NCBI RefSeq assembly: GCF_021869535.1
Contig: NW_026262668.1
Span: forward strand, 5,456,001-5,520,000
DNA from: Mytilus californianus
Lineage: Eukaryota
Length of the DNA: 64,000 nucleotides
Direction of reading: 5' to 3'
The notes beneath the pieces were generated by a model, which saw only the letters and a list, made by a program, of their open reading frames with translations, was not told where the DNA came from and made no database searches. The translations under genes and the position numbers were made by a program. Below, piece by piece: positions 48,626 to 62,432 of the stretch. Position 1 is the stretch's first letter. Every line of letters begins with the position of its first letter.

Positions 48626-51202
48626 GTAGGCACATAGATAGAAAGATAGAGAGAAAGGAAAACAATTCTGGGGTTTTTCAGGTTTTCTATGATGGGATTT
48701 ACTAAAGACTCAATACTTAAACCATTTTTTATGGAATCTACTGACAGAAGATTTACCAGGCGTTGGTTCACTTGTGTTTAATTTAATTTGTTTAATTTAA
48801 TTCATTTCATGATTTGTTAGACAGAACAGCAAGAATCTGGTGACAAGATTGCTGTATGATAGATAAAATTATGATTGATTGTTACCCATTAATCCACCTC
48901 CTCCAATCCTCCCTGTATATTGCTGTTAATGTGACTGGGAAACCCCAATGCTGATTGAATAAAATATTAAACAGGGTCTCCTAAATACAATTATACATAT
49001 GCATACACAAGCATTCTAAGAGGTATTTTGTGATAATAATCTATTTATACAAAATAGTTGCTATAAACAATTGATTTACTGATCATACTTTTTAATAGTT
49101 CTTATTGCTCAGACATCTGAAAGCCCCAGCAAGTTATAAAAAGGCCATTAGAAATTGGAGCAATTTTGACTTACTTTTCAGCAGACTGAAAACATTGAAT
49201 ACAATTGGATTAAGTTTATATGATGAAAAGGTTAGACAGATTTGAAAAAAATATTAAAGAGAAAAATATTCTAAAATTTAAATTAATGGACTTTAAATTA
49301 TAATGACCAAATTAAAGACCAAGAATGTTTAGGGTAACAGTATTAAAGTGACCATTTATTATATCTGAGTGGTATGTAATTGACTCTTGTTTGACCTATT
49401 AAACTCTGTCAGTTCTGTCCCCTTGGGTAAAATTGGTACACCTGCCCACTGCATTATTGTTACAAAACAGTTTAAATGGTTCTACCATAGATGTATTATA
49501 CATACTATGGTTCTACCTTGGAAGAATTACATAATGCTTCCACAGTTCTACATAAAGTTGACAAAATTACAAATGATATTTTAACTGCTTAGAAGTTAAT
49601 ATATGTTAAAGAACGTATTGTAATCTTTGACAACCTATAAATCTAGAATGCACTGAAATCTTGATTTAAAATCATTAAAATGAAAATGGAAAAAAAAGAT
49701 GACCATGTTTTTGTATCAGATGATTGAGATGAGGAAAATAGTATATACTTGAATTTATAATTTCTTCCTTCCATTTCACATACTATATGAATAAAGACCA
49801 AAAGAATTGAATCATGGAAACATTATTTTTTAAAGATTATTGCATATACATGTATATGTAAAATTGGGCCATGATTCTGATATTTTCAAATGGTCATATG
49901 CACATTTATGGACAAGTGAAATTTAGAATTGATAAACTTATATGTAGGTAAAGATAATACATTAATAGGGATAACATGAATCACCAATAATACCTCAGAG
50001 TTCATTAGACCATATCAACCACCAAACAATACACTCCTCCCAAAAAAACAGAGACAACAACAAACAACACATGGTCTAGATCTAGATAACCTGACTTGAA
50101 CACAAATATAAGATATTGAATTTAATATAATTTTGAGTCCAATATTTTAACATTCTGATTGACTTTACACACTTGTTACCAGTTCCAATAAATCAAGAGA
50201 GTTACAGTAGAGAGGGGGCAAGGGATAAAGAATGTTTGTGAGATAGATTCAGGAAACTCGTGTACATTTCAATCTAGTCATGTACAAGTTTATGTCATCA
50301 GGTTTAAAAGCCCGCTGGTATTTGATACAGTTAGATTTCTCCATCAAATAGACAGTATAAAGGCTTGTTTTATATCGACAGAATCGATTATATTTATATG
50401 ATATAATGGTGTTATGTAATTTATTCAAAGTTTTATATCTTTTGTACTTAATATTATGTTTGAAGGCAGTGTTATACTGACACATAGGTCAGAATTTTAT
50501 TAATAAATTATAAATCAAATGTGCTCCGGGAGAGAATAAGAATAAGATATTTGTGTAAATATGTAAATGATTTTCATGATTTTTGAAAATTAGCAATCTT
50601 TGGAGACAAAACAAACAATTTATTAATAATTATAAATATTTATATCAAATCGACCAGACAAAGTAATAAAATATAACAAATATTCTGTCAAATGTCCCAA
50701 TGAAGTGTACTGTCTGACCATGATTTAATGTCCACAATCTAATTGAATTTAGTTGAAACCTTTCCAAGATGTAGGTGTACGATTTACGAGACTGAGGTAA
50801 ATTCAGGTTGAGAAATAAAGTAACATGAAAAGAAATTGATTATGTCTGCATTGTAAACTGCATCAATTAAAATCTGACATCAAAAGATATCCTTTTCTGC
50901 ATCTTCTTTTAATGGTTTATATAGAAACTTATGTTTTGATCTGGTATACAGTATTGGTGTACTGTTTCAGGTACCAGACTTAGAGGAAGTTGGTCAATTG
51001 TTACATTACCCATACATGCCGTACAGTTGCCTATAATTGCTTAAATACACTTCATTTGAACTTTGGTGGATAGTTGTCTCATTGGCAATCACATCTCCAT
51101 ATTTTTATATATTCATATAGTGAAATAGTCTTACCCTTAGGGCTGTACAGTTTCATGTAAAAAGGTGTAGGGTTGAGAATTTAAAATATAGAAATATGAT
51201 TA

Positions 51203-51625
51203 TTTTTCATACGCCCGTTTACGGGACGTATTATGGTATACCGTTGTCCGTCCGTCCGTCTGTTCGTCATCAACATGTCGGACATTAACTCAAAAATGCT
51301 TTAACCAATTTGCATAAAACTTTGGTGAATTGTTAACATCTATTGACATGAGCTCCCTTTTGATTTTTATAAATTTTAGATTTTATGTTTCCGAGTTACA
51401 GGGTTTTATTCATAAAAAAAGGGGGGATTTTCCAGTTTTCGGACAAAAACTCAAAAATGCTTTCAGCAATTCTTATGAAACTTTGGTGAATTGTTTATTT
51501 GTATTAATGTAAGCTCCCTTTAGAATTTTATAAATTTTACTTATTACATTTCTGAGTTATGGGGTTTTATTCATTAAAAAAAGGGGTGATTTTCCAGTTT
51601 TCGGACAATAACTCAAAAATGCTGA
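51203..51625 (+). mobile_element. HINE fragment (third family)
   Basis: 5' hairpin atacgcccgt-tt-acgggacgtat, (GTCC)n and tandem repeats of about 170 bp. Confidence 0.65.
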
Positions 51626-52568
51626 AAGGCTTTCTCTTTTCATTGAATAGAATCATGTAACATATAAACAATCATCCTTTTCCTTTGTGACCTCAAAAAC
51701 TTAGCTTTGATCTCATGTTCTGATGTACAGTGTATAGTGTATTGTTAAGTAGAAAGATTAATGCTTTAGTTTGTAAAAATTAGTTCCTCTATTGTATGTC
51801 CATAAAGTATGACATTAAGTGTTGACCTTCCTGTTAAGGATCAGGACTATTTTATAGTTTTACACCTGATTATCGGATAAACAAACACAATAGACCTGAA
51901 AAGTGTTTATAGTTTATCTCCATTTTATTTGTCTGGTTTGAGGCTTATGGCTATATCTAATACAACTTTGTACTGTGGTTTTTGAATATTGGAAGGTTAT
52001 GGGTATAGGGATGGTTTAGGCTATTGAACCATAAAGGGCTTTTGAACCATTTTGGTCTAATGTTTTCATCACTTTTTAAGATTTCAGCATAGACTTTTAC
52101 TGAAATAACTGAAAATTATATTTCGGGTCTATTAAATACAGATATGCACGGTAGTAGTTTGACAATTTTGTTTTAACTTTGTTTTGTTGTTATATTGCAT
52201 CTAATGACAATAATAATCCCATCCCAGCATTTCCTATTTTTGATTTGTATTCGATAGTTAGGAAAAGATGTCAATAAAACTGAATTAATCCCAAAAATAT
52301 TGTAAACTATCATATTCTATGTTTTTTAAGGGGTAGAAAATCTTTTGCTTACTCTAGGAAGTAGACACATGTAGTTTTGTAAGAGATAGAAAATCTTTCA
52401 TTTATTCTAGACAAGTAATTGAAGTATTATTTTGAAGAGCTTTATTTGGATATATATATAAAAAAGAATAGCAGCTTGACCCCAGATTATAATTATGGGT
52501 ATTTTTTTTTTTTATGAGAAAGCAACCTTTCTCCAGTTAACAATAATGTTGTATATTTGTATTTTCAG

Positions 52569-52695
52569 AAGGGATAGCAGTAAAATGAACATCCCTCATC
52601 GTATCTTGACCCCAGATGAAGACAAAACATTCAGTAAGACTCTAGAGAGTGACAGCAGTACAGAATTTGTGACCGCACATAACTCTCTGGCAGAC
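52569..52695 (+). CDS. Unidentified plus-strand gene, internal exon (RDSSKMNIPHRILTPDEDKTFSKTLESDSSTEFVTAHNSLAD)
   Basis: Acceptor tgtattttcag and donor GAC|GTAAGT; 127 bp, phase 2 to 0, compatible with the previous exon. Confidence 0.72.
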
Positions 52696-53010
52696 GTAAG
52701 TATTCACTACACTCCCCTTCCCCAACACAGAATACTCTTGTAAATGTAAATGGTCACTACACTCCCCTTCCCCAACACAGAACACTCTTGTAAATGTAAG
52801 TGGTCACTACACTCCCCTTCCCCAACACAGAACTCTCAGACAGACTGAAGACTTCACTACACCCCTTCTCCAGACTCCGGTTGAAATGAACTCTCTTGTA
52901 GGTATAAGTCTTCACCTCTCCTTACCCAGCAATGAAAACTCTGGCAGACATAATTTTTCACTTCAGCCTTTCTCCAGTTGAAGAAATATTCTCTGGCATA
53001 TGCAAGTCAT
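52681..53010 (+). repeat. Degenerate tandem repeat of about 50 bp, 7 copies, whose unit spans the exon end and splice donor
   Basis: aactctctggcagac-gtaagt-..tcac-tacactccccttccccaacacag units start at 52681, 52731, 52781, 52831, about 52889, about 52937 and about 52988. Confidence 0.75.
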
Positions 53011-55753
53011 AACTGCATTTGTACTCTGTTCTTGCATCAAACATTCTTGAATTGTCTTGTGATATACCTATAAGATATTGACTTTATGTATGTAATTTAT
53101 ATGTTGAATATACTAATCATAAAATGTGCCACCGTTTTGACATTGAACGGTCAGTTTATCGTCCACAGTACAAAAAGTTGACTAGATCATAAAACTTGTT
53201 GACATAAGTTCACTTAAATCTTTCCAAAGATTGTTTGTGAAATGCTAGGGATTAGTGTTGAACTATTTAAGAAGATTTGGATAGTATTAAAATGGATTTA
53301 AAAATGACCTTTTATACTTCAGACTTATGTGATGAAACTCATGGTCTTATTTTACACAACTTATGTATTTATGTTTAAAATTGAGAGCAAAACTCAACTT
53401 TCACAGACCAAGTTTTCACATGTTGAACTATACGACTGAGTTTTACTATGTGTTTGTTTATCCCACATTGGATGAGGTATAGGGGAAGAGTATAGATCTC
53501 AAAAAACATGTTTAACCCTGCCACATTTGTGTGCCTGTCCCAAGTCAGGAACCTTTGCTAGTCTTGTGTGTTTTTTTATTTTGGTTTGGATTCAGTTGTG
53601 AGTTATATCTTTTAAAGAGGTGTTCTACACAAGATAGTTCCTAGACCTACACATTTGACTGAAAATAGTCTTAAAATTAACCATTCCTGACACAACTGTA
53701 GTCAGAGCAAAAATATTTCATCTGTAGGGTTAGAGGTTACAAAGTTGTGAAAAACAACTCTTCACTGAAATAATTGACAAGATAATATTTCTTAATAAGA
53801 ACAAATTCATCATACCCTGTGATGACCTCAGTAAATGGTTAAACACAGTTTTTACTAAGTAATCATTTATAATTAACAGGTGTTTATTTAATTATTGATT
53901 AGATTACTGTTTATTTAATTAGTACATATAGTAAATTAACTTTAATTATGATATTAGCCCGAAATAATAATGTTAATGGTTACATTTTATTGTACATGTT
54001 GGAGACAACTGCCCACAAAGCGTAATTGTGTTACAATTTTAATAATATTTTTCGGAGCAAATACTTTCAAGAGATTGCTCTGTAAAACAAACGAGTACTC
54101 CAATTTTAACCTCTTCGCCCAGTTGACATCCCATCACAGTATCATGAGAAACAAATTACATTTACAATTCACATTAAAGATCGATCCATCATACAAAATG
54201 AAAATCTTAATGTAATTGAGAATATTTGACTTATATGCATCACTGATCACACAAATGTAAATACTGAAGTTATTGGTTTGTACTGGATTTTATTCATGCC
54301 AAATAATGAATGAGGTTAATGTAGAAATATTATTATTAAGCCTGTAAGATTTTGGCTTCAAAACCATGGCACTGTCCTGTTGCTAGTCAGAGCACATTCA
54401 AAATGGTTAATGTATTGCAAATTTTATATATGTCAAGATTACGAATGACTTGAAAAACTCGACTACTTTATAAACAAATTATATTGTGTAAATTGAAAGA
54501 ATTGACAGTTTCAGAGTATACTTCATATATCTTAGTGTTGTTTCAGGACTTGGAATAGGTATATTTAGATGATGGTCAAGGAGGGAATGACCAGAAGTAA
54601 TTCTCTTTTGCCTAATCTCTTTGTATGTGCTTACAGGTTGTAGCCACGCACATGTAGCTTGGTGCTAATGAAACTGTAATACAGCTTATAGAAGAATTTC
54701 AACTTGTTAATTTGCAACGATCATAACAAAATTTGGCCTCGTTATAAGGAATAACTTTAATTTCTCTTGAAGCTTTGCTAATGAAAAAAATATATCATCC
54801 TGGACATTAAATCATCTAAGAACAAGTCTGTACACTTTTTGTCCAAATATGACATAAATGATTTTTTTTTAGACCCAAATCTTAGATTGTACGAATTCTA
54901 CCTTCAGCCAAGTGTGTAAATGTCTAACCCAGTTTCCTGCAGTCATTAACACCATTGAAGTTTTAATAATATCATGTAAAGCCTTAGATTATTGCCCTTA
55001 CAAGAATAAAGATAAACATGACAAGATTTCTATTGAATTATAATTTATACTGATGGCATTTTATAATTATCTTGTCTTTGTTCCTTTACTTGTCCTGTCC
55101 AACCCATCTGTTATTGTTATCTACCCCTTAGGACAATTGTAGGTCATACATGGTTTACCTGAGATTTACCTGGTCAGGGTGTGCTGTAAACAGCTTGCAC
55201 ATTTACATCATGTTTTGTGTATATGTTATGGTTTAGTAGTGGGATAATTTAATATATTGAAGGATTTACATGTATGAGTTTATTTTTTCTCGATGGGATT
55301 AAATTATATAATTGAGGTGAGTTAATTTTCAAAATTTTACACCTGATCTTGAGGTGACCAACCATTATGGCATGGATCAAATGTAACCGACATTATCTTT
55401 ATATTAGTTAAATAAATAATTAGAAGTTTAAAATTCTTCAGGAGTGTCTCTTTTGGGACTATTATACTTAGTATAAAGTCCCAGGTCTCTTGGCTTTACT
55501 GAAAAAACATTTTTTAAATAAATTATACTAGAAGTTGTTACTCTATTTAAAGAATTATTTAAAATGTCAATACTATTTAATGTTAATTATATTGATCTTT
55601 GAAATCAGGGGAAAATTTTGAAAATATCTTCCTGATTTTCTAGACCCGAAAACTAATTCATTCTAAAAAAAATATTGAATCAGAAGGAAATGATATTTTT
55701 TTGTATTTTGATACATTCAATTTTCAATAAATTAAAACGATTATTTTGCAACA

Positions 55754-55960
55754 CTGTAAATTCAGAAATTATTGAGAGGTTTTTATTAATGCGAATAATG
55801 CAACTTGTCAATTATCGCAATAACAAAAACTCACATTCTGATATCTGATACATGAACCTGTATGTAGATTTTCCTGAAATAGCAATAATTAATCACACAT
55901 CTTTGTCCATTCATAAAAAATCGTCAAAATAAATGCATGCAATAATTACAGAATTTACAG
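55754..55960. mobile_element. 207-bp MITE
   Basis: CTGTAAATTC ... GAATTTACAG termini; size and end style resemble 45871-46079. Confidence 0.65.
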
Positions 55961-56701
55961 TGCATTAAAATTTGTACATTTTTTTGTTGAAATGGTTTTA
56001 CTTTTTTGGTCATCTGCAGATTTTTTCCTTATTAATATTGCTGGAGACCGTTGATATAATTTTTGACCTTTTTGGTGTGGTAGTCTGTCAGGTAAATATT
56101 TATAGTATTTAACTTTTTTTAACAAAAAATGATAAATAAAAAAAATACCAAAAAGTCAGTATAATTAATAAAAAGAGTAAATTAACTTTCTGAACTCGAA
56201 ATAGGTGGAATTTTACATAAAAATGACCTAACCTTTCTTTAAGCTTATAATGTTTAAATCAACAAAAGGTGAGATTATTTAAGGTGAATTTAACTTGTTC
56301 AAAGCAGATCAAAGCACATAAAGGTATGAAGCTTGTCCTTGAACTTTGAAATTGATCTTCTATTGATTTTTGAATATTTAAATTTTAGTCTGTTTTAAAT
56401 TTGGAGGGATATTAGCAATGACAGCATACAGTTCAGTTTTAATTTTTATTTTGGATCATCAGTTATTTAGATTTTTGTTGACATTCAGTTATGTCTTTAA
56501 TATGGAACAAAGAATTCTGTAAGAATGTTTTTGTCTTGAATATGGGACAAAGAATTATTATATGTGATGAAATATGTGTTTATAAATAGATATTTGGATT
56601 GAAGGATAAAGTGAAACTAACAATACAAAAAATGACAATAGATTAAATTGAATAACAGTGACTAAGTCTATCCCAAGGCCGATAATGGTAACATTTGTCA
56701 G

Positions 56702-56887
56702 TTGCATATGATTTCAAACTCTGTAACGATTCTTGATCTTCAAGGAAAATTTGATCCTGTTATTAATAGTAACAAAGGTTTTCATTTATCATCAGTTGGG
56801 AACTCTACCAACAATACTTGTGATAATCTAAAAATAGATAATCTTAAAATCATCCAAACAAGCAGAACTGTTATGGAAGCTTACATG
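56702..56887 (+). CDS. Candidate further exon of the plus-strand gene (LHMISNSV...VMEAYM)
   Basis: Acceptor atttgtcag, 62 open codons, ATG|GTATGT donor, phase 0 to 0. The acceptor is weak and I recognise no domain. Confidence 0.35.
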
Positions 56888-58036
56888 GTATGTCTTACAT
56901 TTTATCATGTTTATAAATATTTAATAGTTTATTGTTTGGTTTCTTTAGTACATGTATACATACACATGATAAGATCAGTTTCTTAGGGATATGTGTTTAA
57001 ATGTTTCCTTCATTGACGCTCAATTGTTTTGGTTTTGTTTATGAAGGGGTAGATTATAACACAGTATCTTATGATACAGTGTAATATATAAACAAATTAG
57101 GAAAACATCTGGATTTTACAGTAAGAGGTTGTTGTGTTTATTTTCTTTCTGATTTTCCAATCTAAACGTATCTGGTTTTCCAGGATTTTGATGTCAGATT
57201 CACTGGTTTTCCAGGATTATTATGTCAGAACTACACTTATCATCAGCTTCAGTCGTAATATCACCAAGTGGAATTTCATGGGTTTCTGTGTTTTTTTAAA
57301 GGTATTGAAGCTAGGTTGTGTGGAAATCATTATACATATTTGATGTCATTATTGGTGTTGGATTGAGTTTATAAGACAATGTTTGTTTGATATTTCTGCC
57401 GACTAATTAGCAGTAGACTTGGTATACCCAGGATCAGAAAGAGCCATGCTTTTAACATGACAAAGAATAAACTTATATATTGGTCGTTAGGTAACCTGTT
57501 CAGTGTTTCTAGTTGCAGAGTTTTCTGCTGTTTTTATGTCAGCTATATAATGGGGTGTTTGAAATAGATATCCCTATGCATTTTCAGGGTTTTCTGTTGT
57601 TTTTAGATCAGTTATATAGGCCCGATATATAATGGGTTGTTTGATTGGATATTCCAGTGCAATTTCAGTCTTTTTTTATAGGTCCGCTGTATAATGTCTT
57701 AATTCCTCAATATTTTCAAGATTTTCTATAGTTTTGACTGAATATTTATTATTGCCAGTTGGTTTAAATATCTTGTGCATTTTCAAGATTTACTAAAGTT
57801 TTGACGTAAGATATATTTTGCCAGTTGGTTTTGAGATATTCCTTTGCAGAATCAGGGTTGAATTTGTGGTAAGATGTATTTTGACCAAGTTATTTGTATA
57901 TCCCTGTGAACTTTCAAGGTTTTTTGTTGTTCCAATAAATGTCAGTAAATTGTCCAAGTAAGGTCTGACTCAAGAAATGTGATTGTCCTTTTTCACTTAT
58001 TTTGTAGTATGTTCAGAAAAGTATCTGTTAGCCAAA

Positions 58037-59124
58037 CCCGTATGAAATTATAAGGCGTATTACGCCTGGAAATAAGGCGTAAACCAGGCGTAAGTGGTAG
58101 TTACGTGTCTAGATCCAGGCGTAAGGGAGCAGGAAACGTAAATTTGTAGTCCGTACGGGCGTAGAAAAAAGTGGTAAACCTGGCGTAAATTGAAATAAGC
58201 AAGGCGTAAATTTTCTAACGGGCGTAAAACTGTTGGTATGGGGTAAATCATAATACCCATAATGCTTTGTTTAAAGGATCATGGGAATTTTTTTTCAAAA
58301 TTTGGCTCTTTGGTTTTAGTTTGCAAGAGTTGGACTTAATGCAGCTTCATACATTCAGGGATAATTAGCTTGTTTTGTGCTTTTTGGAAGAATTTGGAAA
58401 TATGGAATCAAATTGATTAAAATTGTGAAAAAAATGGAAAGTAATACATGGTAAATAATAATTATGTGAGTATATTACCTAAGTTATTAAGTTTTAAGTT
58501 CTAACAGTAATTTTGAAATCCCAAAACCTTTATCCTTGGATAATAACATTGAAATCTTTTACATGAAGTTACATTGCAGTATTATCATTTATATCTTTAA
58601 TAAAGGACATTAATTTATAAAAAACTTAGTTAATCAAAATGCAGAAGTTTTTTTTCAAGAAAAATTAATTGTCATAATTCTTATTTAAACTTAAACTTAT
58701 TTGAGCCAGTGTCTGTCTAAAATGTATTTATTTATATATTAGCTTCTTCAATGGTTAATATTTCCAGTTTTATGTCAAATAATGAGAAATTAAAGCAACA
58801 GTACAGAAGTTTGCATTAAATACACAGAAGTACACAGCTAGGGTAATACACTGATTTGAAATAAGTGTAGTATTATGTAAGGATATTACGCCTGGTTTAT
58901 TTATTGACCAGGCGTACTCATTTGCATATTACGCCTGGTTTTCTCTGGACCAGGCGTACTCATTTAAATATTACGCCTAATTTTACGCCTGGTTTCCGCC
59001 TCAGTTACGCTTGGTTTCCGCCTGGTTTACGCCTGGTTGACGCCTGGACATGCATTCCTTAAACACTGCAATGACGCCCAGATAAAGTATAATTTTTACG
59101 CCTGGTTTCCGTGTCATATACGGG
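58037..59124. mobile_element. About 1.1-kb non-autonomous DNA transposon with CCCGTAT termini and oriented AGGCGTAA/TTACGCCT subterminal arrays
   Basis: cccgtatga at 58037 and tcatatacggg at 59114-59124. About 8 GGCGTA copies lie near the left end and about 10 mostly inverted copies near the right end. Confidence 0.7.
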
Positions 59125-62100
59125 CGTCACAGTTCGTACAGGAAGTTACATTGAACATGTCACCATGTTATTTTTTGTCCCACTATGTCATCCTAACATG
59201 GATCATTAAATCTTAACGGATTTAGATTTAATGTTGTAACGTTTGATAAAATGTGGATAATGTCATTGACTTTCTAATAGGTTTTTTTTTCTCATGGATA
59301 TAATATTCACAATCAACAGAAAGTTTATCATTTATGTACTGAATATAATTTACAACTAAGTAGTAAATGCCAGAATACACTTATTTAGATATTAAGATTT
59401 TAACTCTGTCACTGTGGTTATTCTACAGTATCAGTATGATACAGAGCTTTAATCCCTTGATAAATTGTATGAAAAAAATGAAAATATAATCATAATAACA
59501 ATATGAAATGCATGGCCACTTTTGATTGGATAATATTTGCAGTCAGTTCCACAATTGACAGTACAAGTAATTGGCAATAACATTTCACAAATGCAGTTAA
59601 TGTTTCCAAGATACCAAATTGTTTTATTTTGAATATTTTTACAAGTATTGTCTTCGAAAAGGATTATAAGTACTTAGTACTCTATTTGAAGAGTTGCCAC
59701 AATCAATTGGACATTTGACGGTCTCAAATTTAATTTTACTGACTAATTTAATGAAGTAAATTTTCATTTTTTACTGTCTAATTCAAAATTGCTAGTGATG
59801 ACTTTTGAAATGCATTCTTATATTTCTTAAATGTAAAAAAAACATGATTATAAAAAGTTTAGTTCAGTATTAAAAATAACTGTGCATCATAACCTACATT
59901 TGATTTGATGCATTGTATTTCCCAGAAAACCAGCTGCTCCATACCTCAATATTGTCAATGATCTAATTGTATGTGACAATGTGTTACCATTATATATGGG
60001 CCCCTTGATGCTATTTTTATTTGTCAATATTTCATTTCAAAAGGGACAATTTCATAAAACTGATGCTGATTTCCAATAACATCACCAATAAATCTATTGA
60101 TAAATAGATTTACAAAACTGTACAGGATAATTCATTTGGAAATAAAACTTAACCATTGATATTGTAGTAATTGAACATTAATCTTTTGTGAAACATGGAA
60201 ATTATTACAATCTTTGTCAACATCAAAGAGATAAAATTGATGAAGTCATTAATTAAATATTAAGTGTTGTTACATCAGTGAACATTACATCACTTAATAG
60301 GATGGTACACTGTTTAGTACATGTACATGTAGGATCATTTGTGGTCTAATAATTTATGTATTTTCATGTAGAAGTACCTGATCACCTTTATGAAAGGATT
60401 TCAGATTTAACTGATATATTTTTACATTGTATCATGTTGTTTATAAAAATAAAATTTTCTTTTTGTGATTTTTTTTTACAAAAGAATTAAATAAAAGAAA
60501 TGTTATTTTATGAAAACAAGGAAAACTGAAATAAAAATTCCCAAATTTACAATAAGTAATTTAATCTTACTGTTGCAAGCTTATGAGAGAAGGAACAAAT
60601 ATCAATTTTAAAGTCATATTCTTTTTATGTACATGTATAGATTAGTCAATTTTCAAATGAAAGAAAGAGGGGATCACACAAGGGGATCACACAAGGGGAT
60701 CCTAATGTTTTCTTGACATTTAAGGAAATTGTGTAGAATTCTGATTTTTTTAAAAAGTTTTGCATCCACTTGATAATCTATATATAGGATGTTGACACAC
60801 TGAGCCAGATTTTTATCATCATAAACTACAGTATTAGACTTGTCATCCCAGTTGGATACGTATTCTGACCAATCTAAATTTGCTCTTACTCCGGAAAGTT
60901 GCATGGTTTAATTATAATAGCTAAGAAATTTTAAAGTCATTGAATTGCCGTTATTTCTGGAATTGCCTCTGTCTTACTTTTGTATGTCTGTACATATTCA
61001 GAGAGGACGGAGTGAGAAAGGTTGGTATGAAAGTGTGAATGATCGTGTCAAATTTTGTAATGCCCGAAATTAAGGGACCTGTGATTAGGAAAATAAAGAA
61101 TTTGAATTATGAATTTGAATTTGTACATATCTATTATGTATACCAATGTAATTGGTAGGTTGAGAATTAGATATACTTCAGATGAAAGCCACAATATTTA
61201 TGCTGATTGAGAACACAATACAGATAATGATAAGATTTTCTGAGATTAAGTTCTTTGTAATGTGGCTGCCTGGTTAATAAGTCAGAATATTGATGGAAAC
61301 AGGAATCACTATCAACCATAATTAAAACATATGGGATTCATCCTTAATGGATTAATAGTTTATAGGAGAGTTAATAGAGTAATCAAAATCTAGGAAACCT
61401 ATAAAAGGAGTAATTGTACTAAATTAGTCTATCACCTTGGATTGGAGAGATACGATCAATAAGTCTGGGCAAAGGTCAAATATGGTGTTAATGTTACAAG
61501 CACTTAAACTATTAGCTAAATGTCTGATTTTATTAAACAGATTTCTATTTACTATATATCTAATACAGGAACAATTCCAATTATGGCCAAATTCAGATAT
61601 ACATTGTTTTTTAGATGATAACAATGGGCAGTTAATGCTTTAAAAAAAATCATTCTGAAATAAAATCATTTATAAGGAATCTATAAAAACTTTAACTGAT
61701 TTTCAAGTTGACTATTTTGAAGGTTTTTGGTATAAAACAATGATTTTGTTTGACTGATGTGATGTTTATAAGAGAGGAAATTGTGAGTTCATAATTTTAT
61801 GGGTGTTATTATATTTCCAGGGGTTTTTGATGTGATGATGACCATACAAAGCAAAGAGACTTTAATTTTATAATCAATACACATTTAGTAAACTGATATG
61901 AAATCAAATGAATTTGATCTATTGCTTACTGCATGCTATATATTATAACCTATAAATTTCAATCATAATTAAAATACCAGCTAGAATAGCTTTACAAATT
62001 AGTCCAATTAATTCATCTGTTACCTTGACCATGATGTGATATTAATTATGTCATGTTTTATAAGATAAACATTTGTAAAAGTGGTAAAACTTTAATAATT

Positions 62101-62432
62101 AAGAAATAATTTTAATAAAATAACCTTTATTAGTACAATGAATTTCTTTATATCAATGTAAAGATCTACTGACAATGTTTTGAAGTAATATATGAGTTGA
62201 CAGATATAAAACATATAAGGGATGGATGATTGCCCACAAATATTTTAAGGGCATTACATATGTACATATTCAGAATATTTGTGTTGATAAACAAACACAT
62301 ATTATACATTATGTACCGTAAATGTTCTAAATGATATAAATACATAATTTGGTCTGTTTGATATTATTTAAGTGTAAGTTTGAATTTGCCTTTATTGGAT
62401 AATCCATTATTTGATCATGCATGAAGTGTTGT

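Noticed and set aside
54547-54690. Candidate plus-strand exons with AG/GT boundaries at about 54547 and 54639
   Set aside because: Both contain stops in the phase-0 frame required after exon 52569-52695.
60674-60904. 76-aa minus-strand ORF with globular-looking composition
   Set aside because: No recognisable motif or splice context, and the length is within chance expectation. It would need a homology search.
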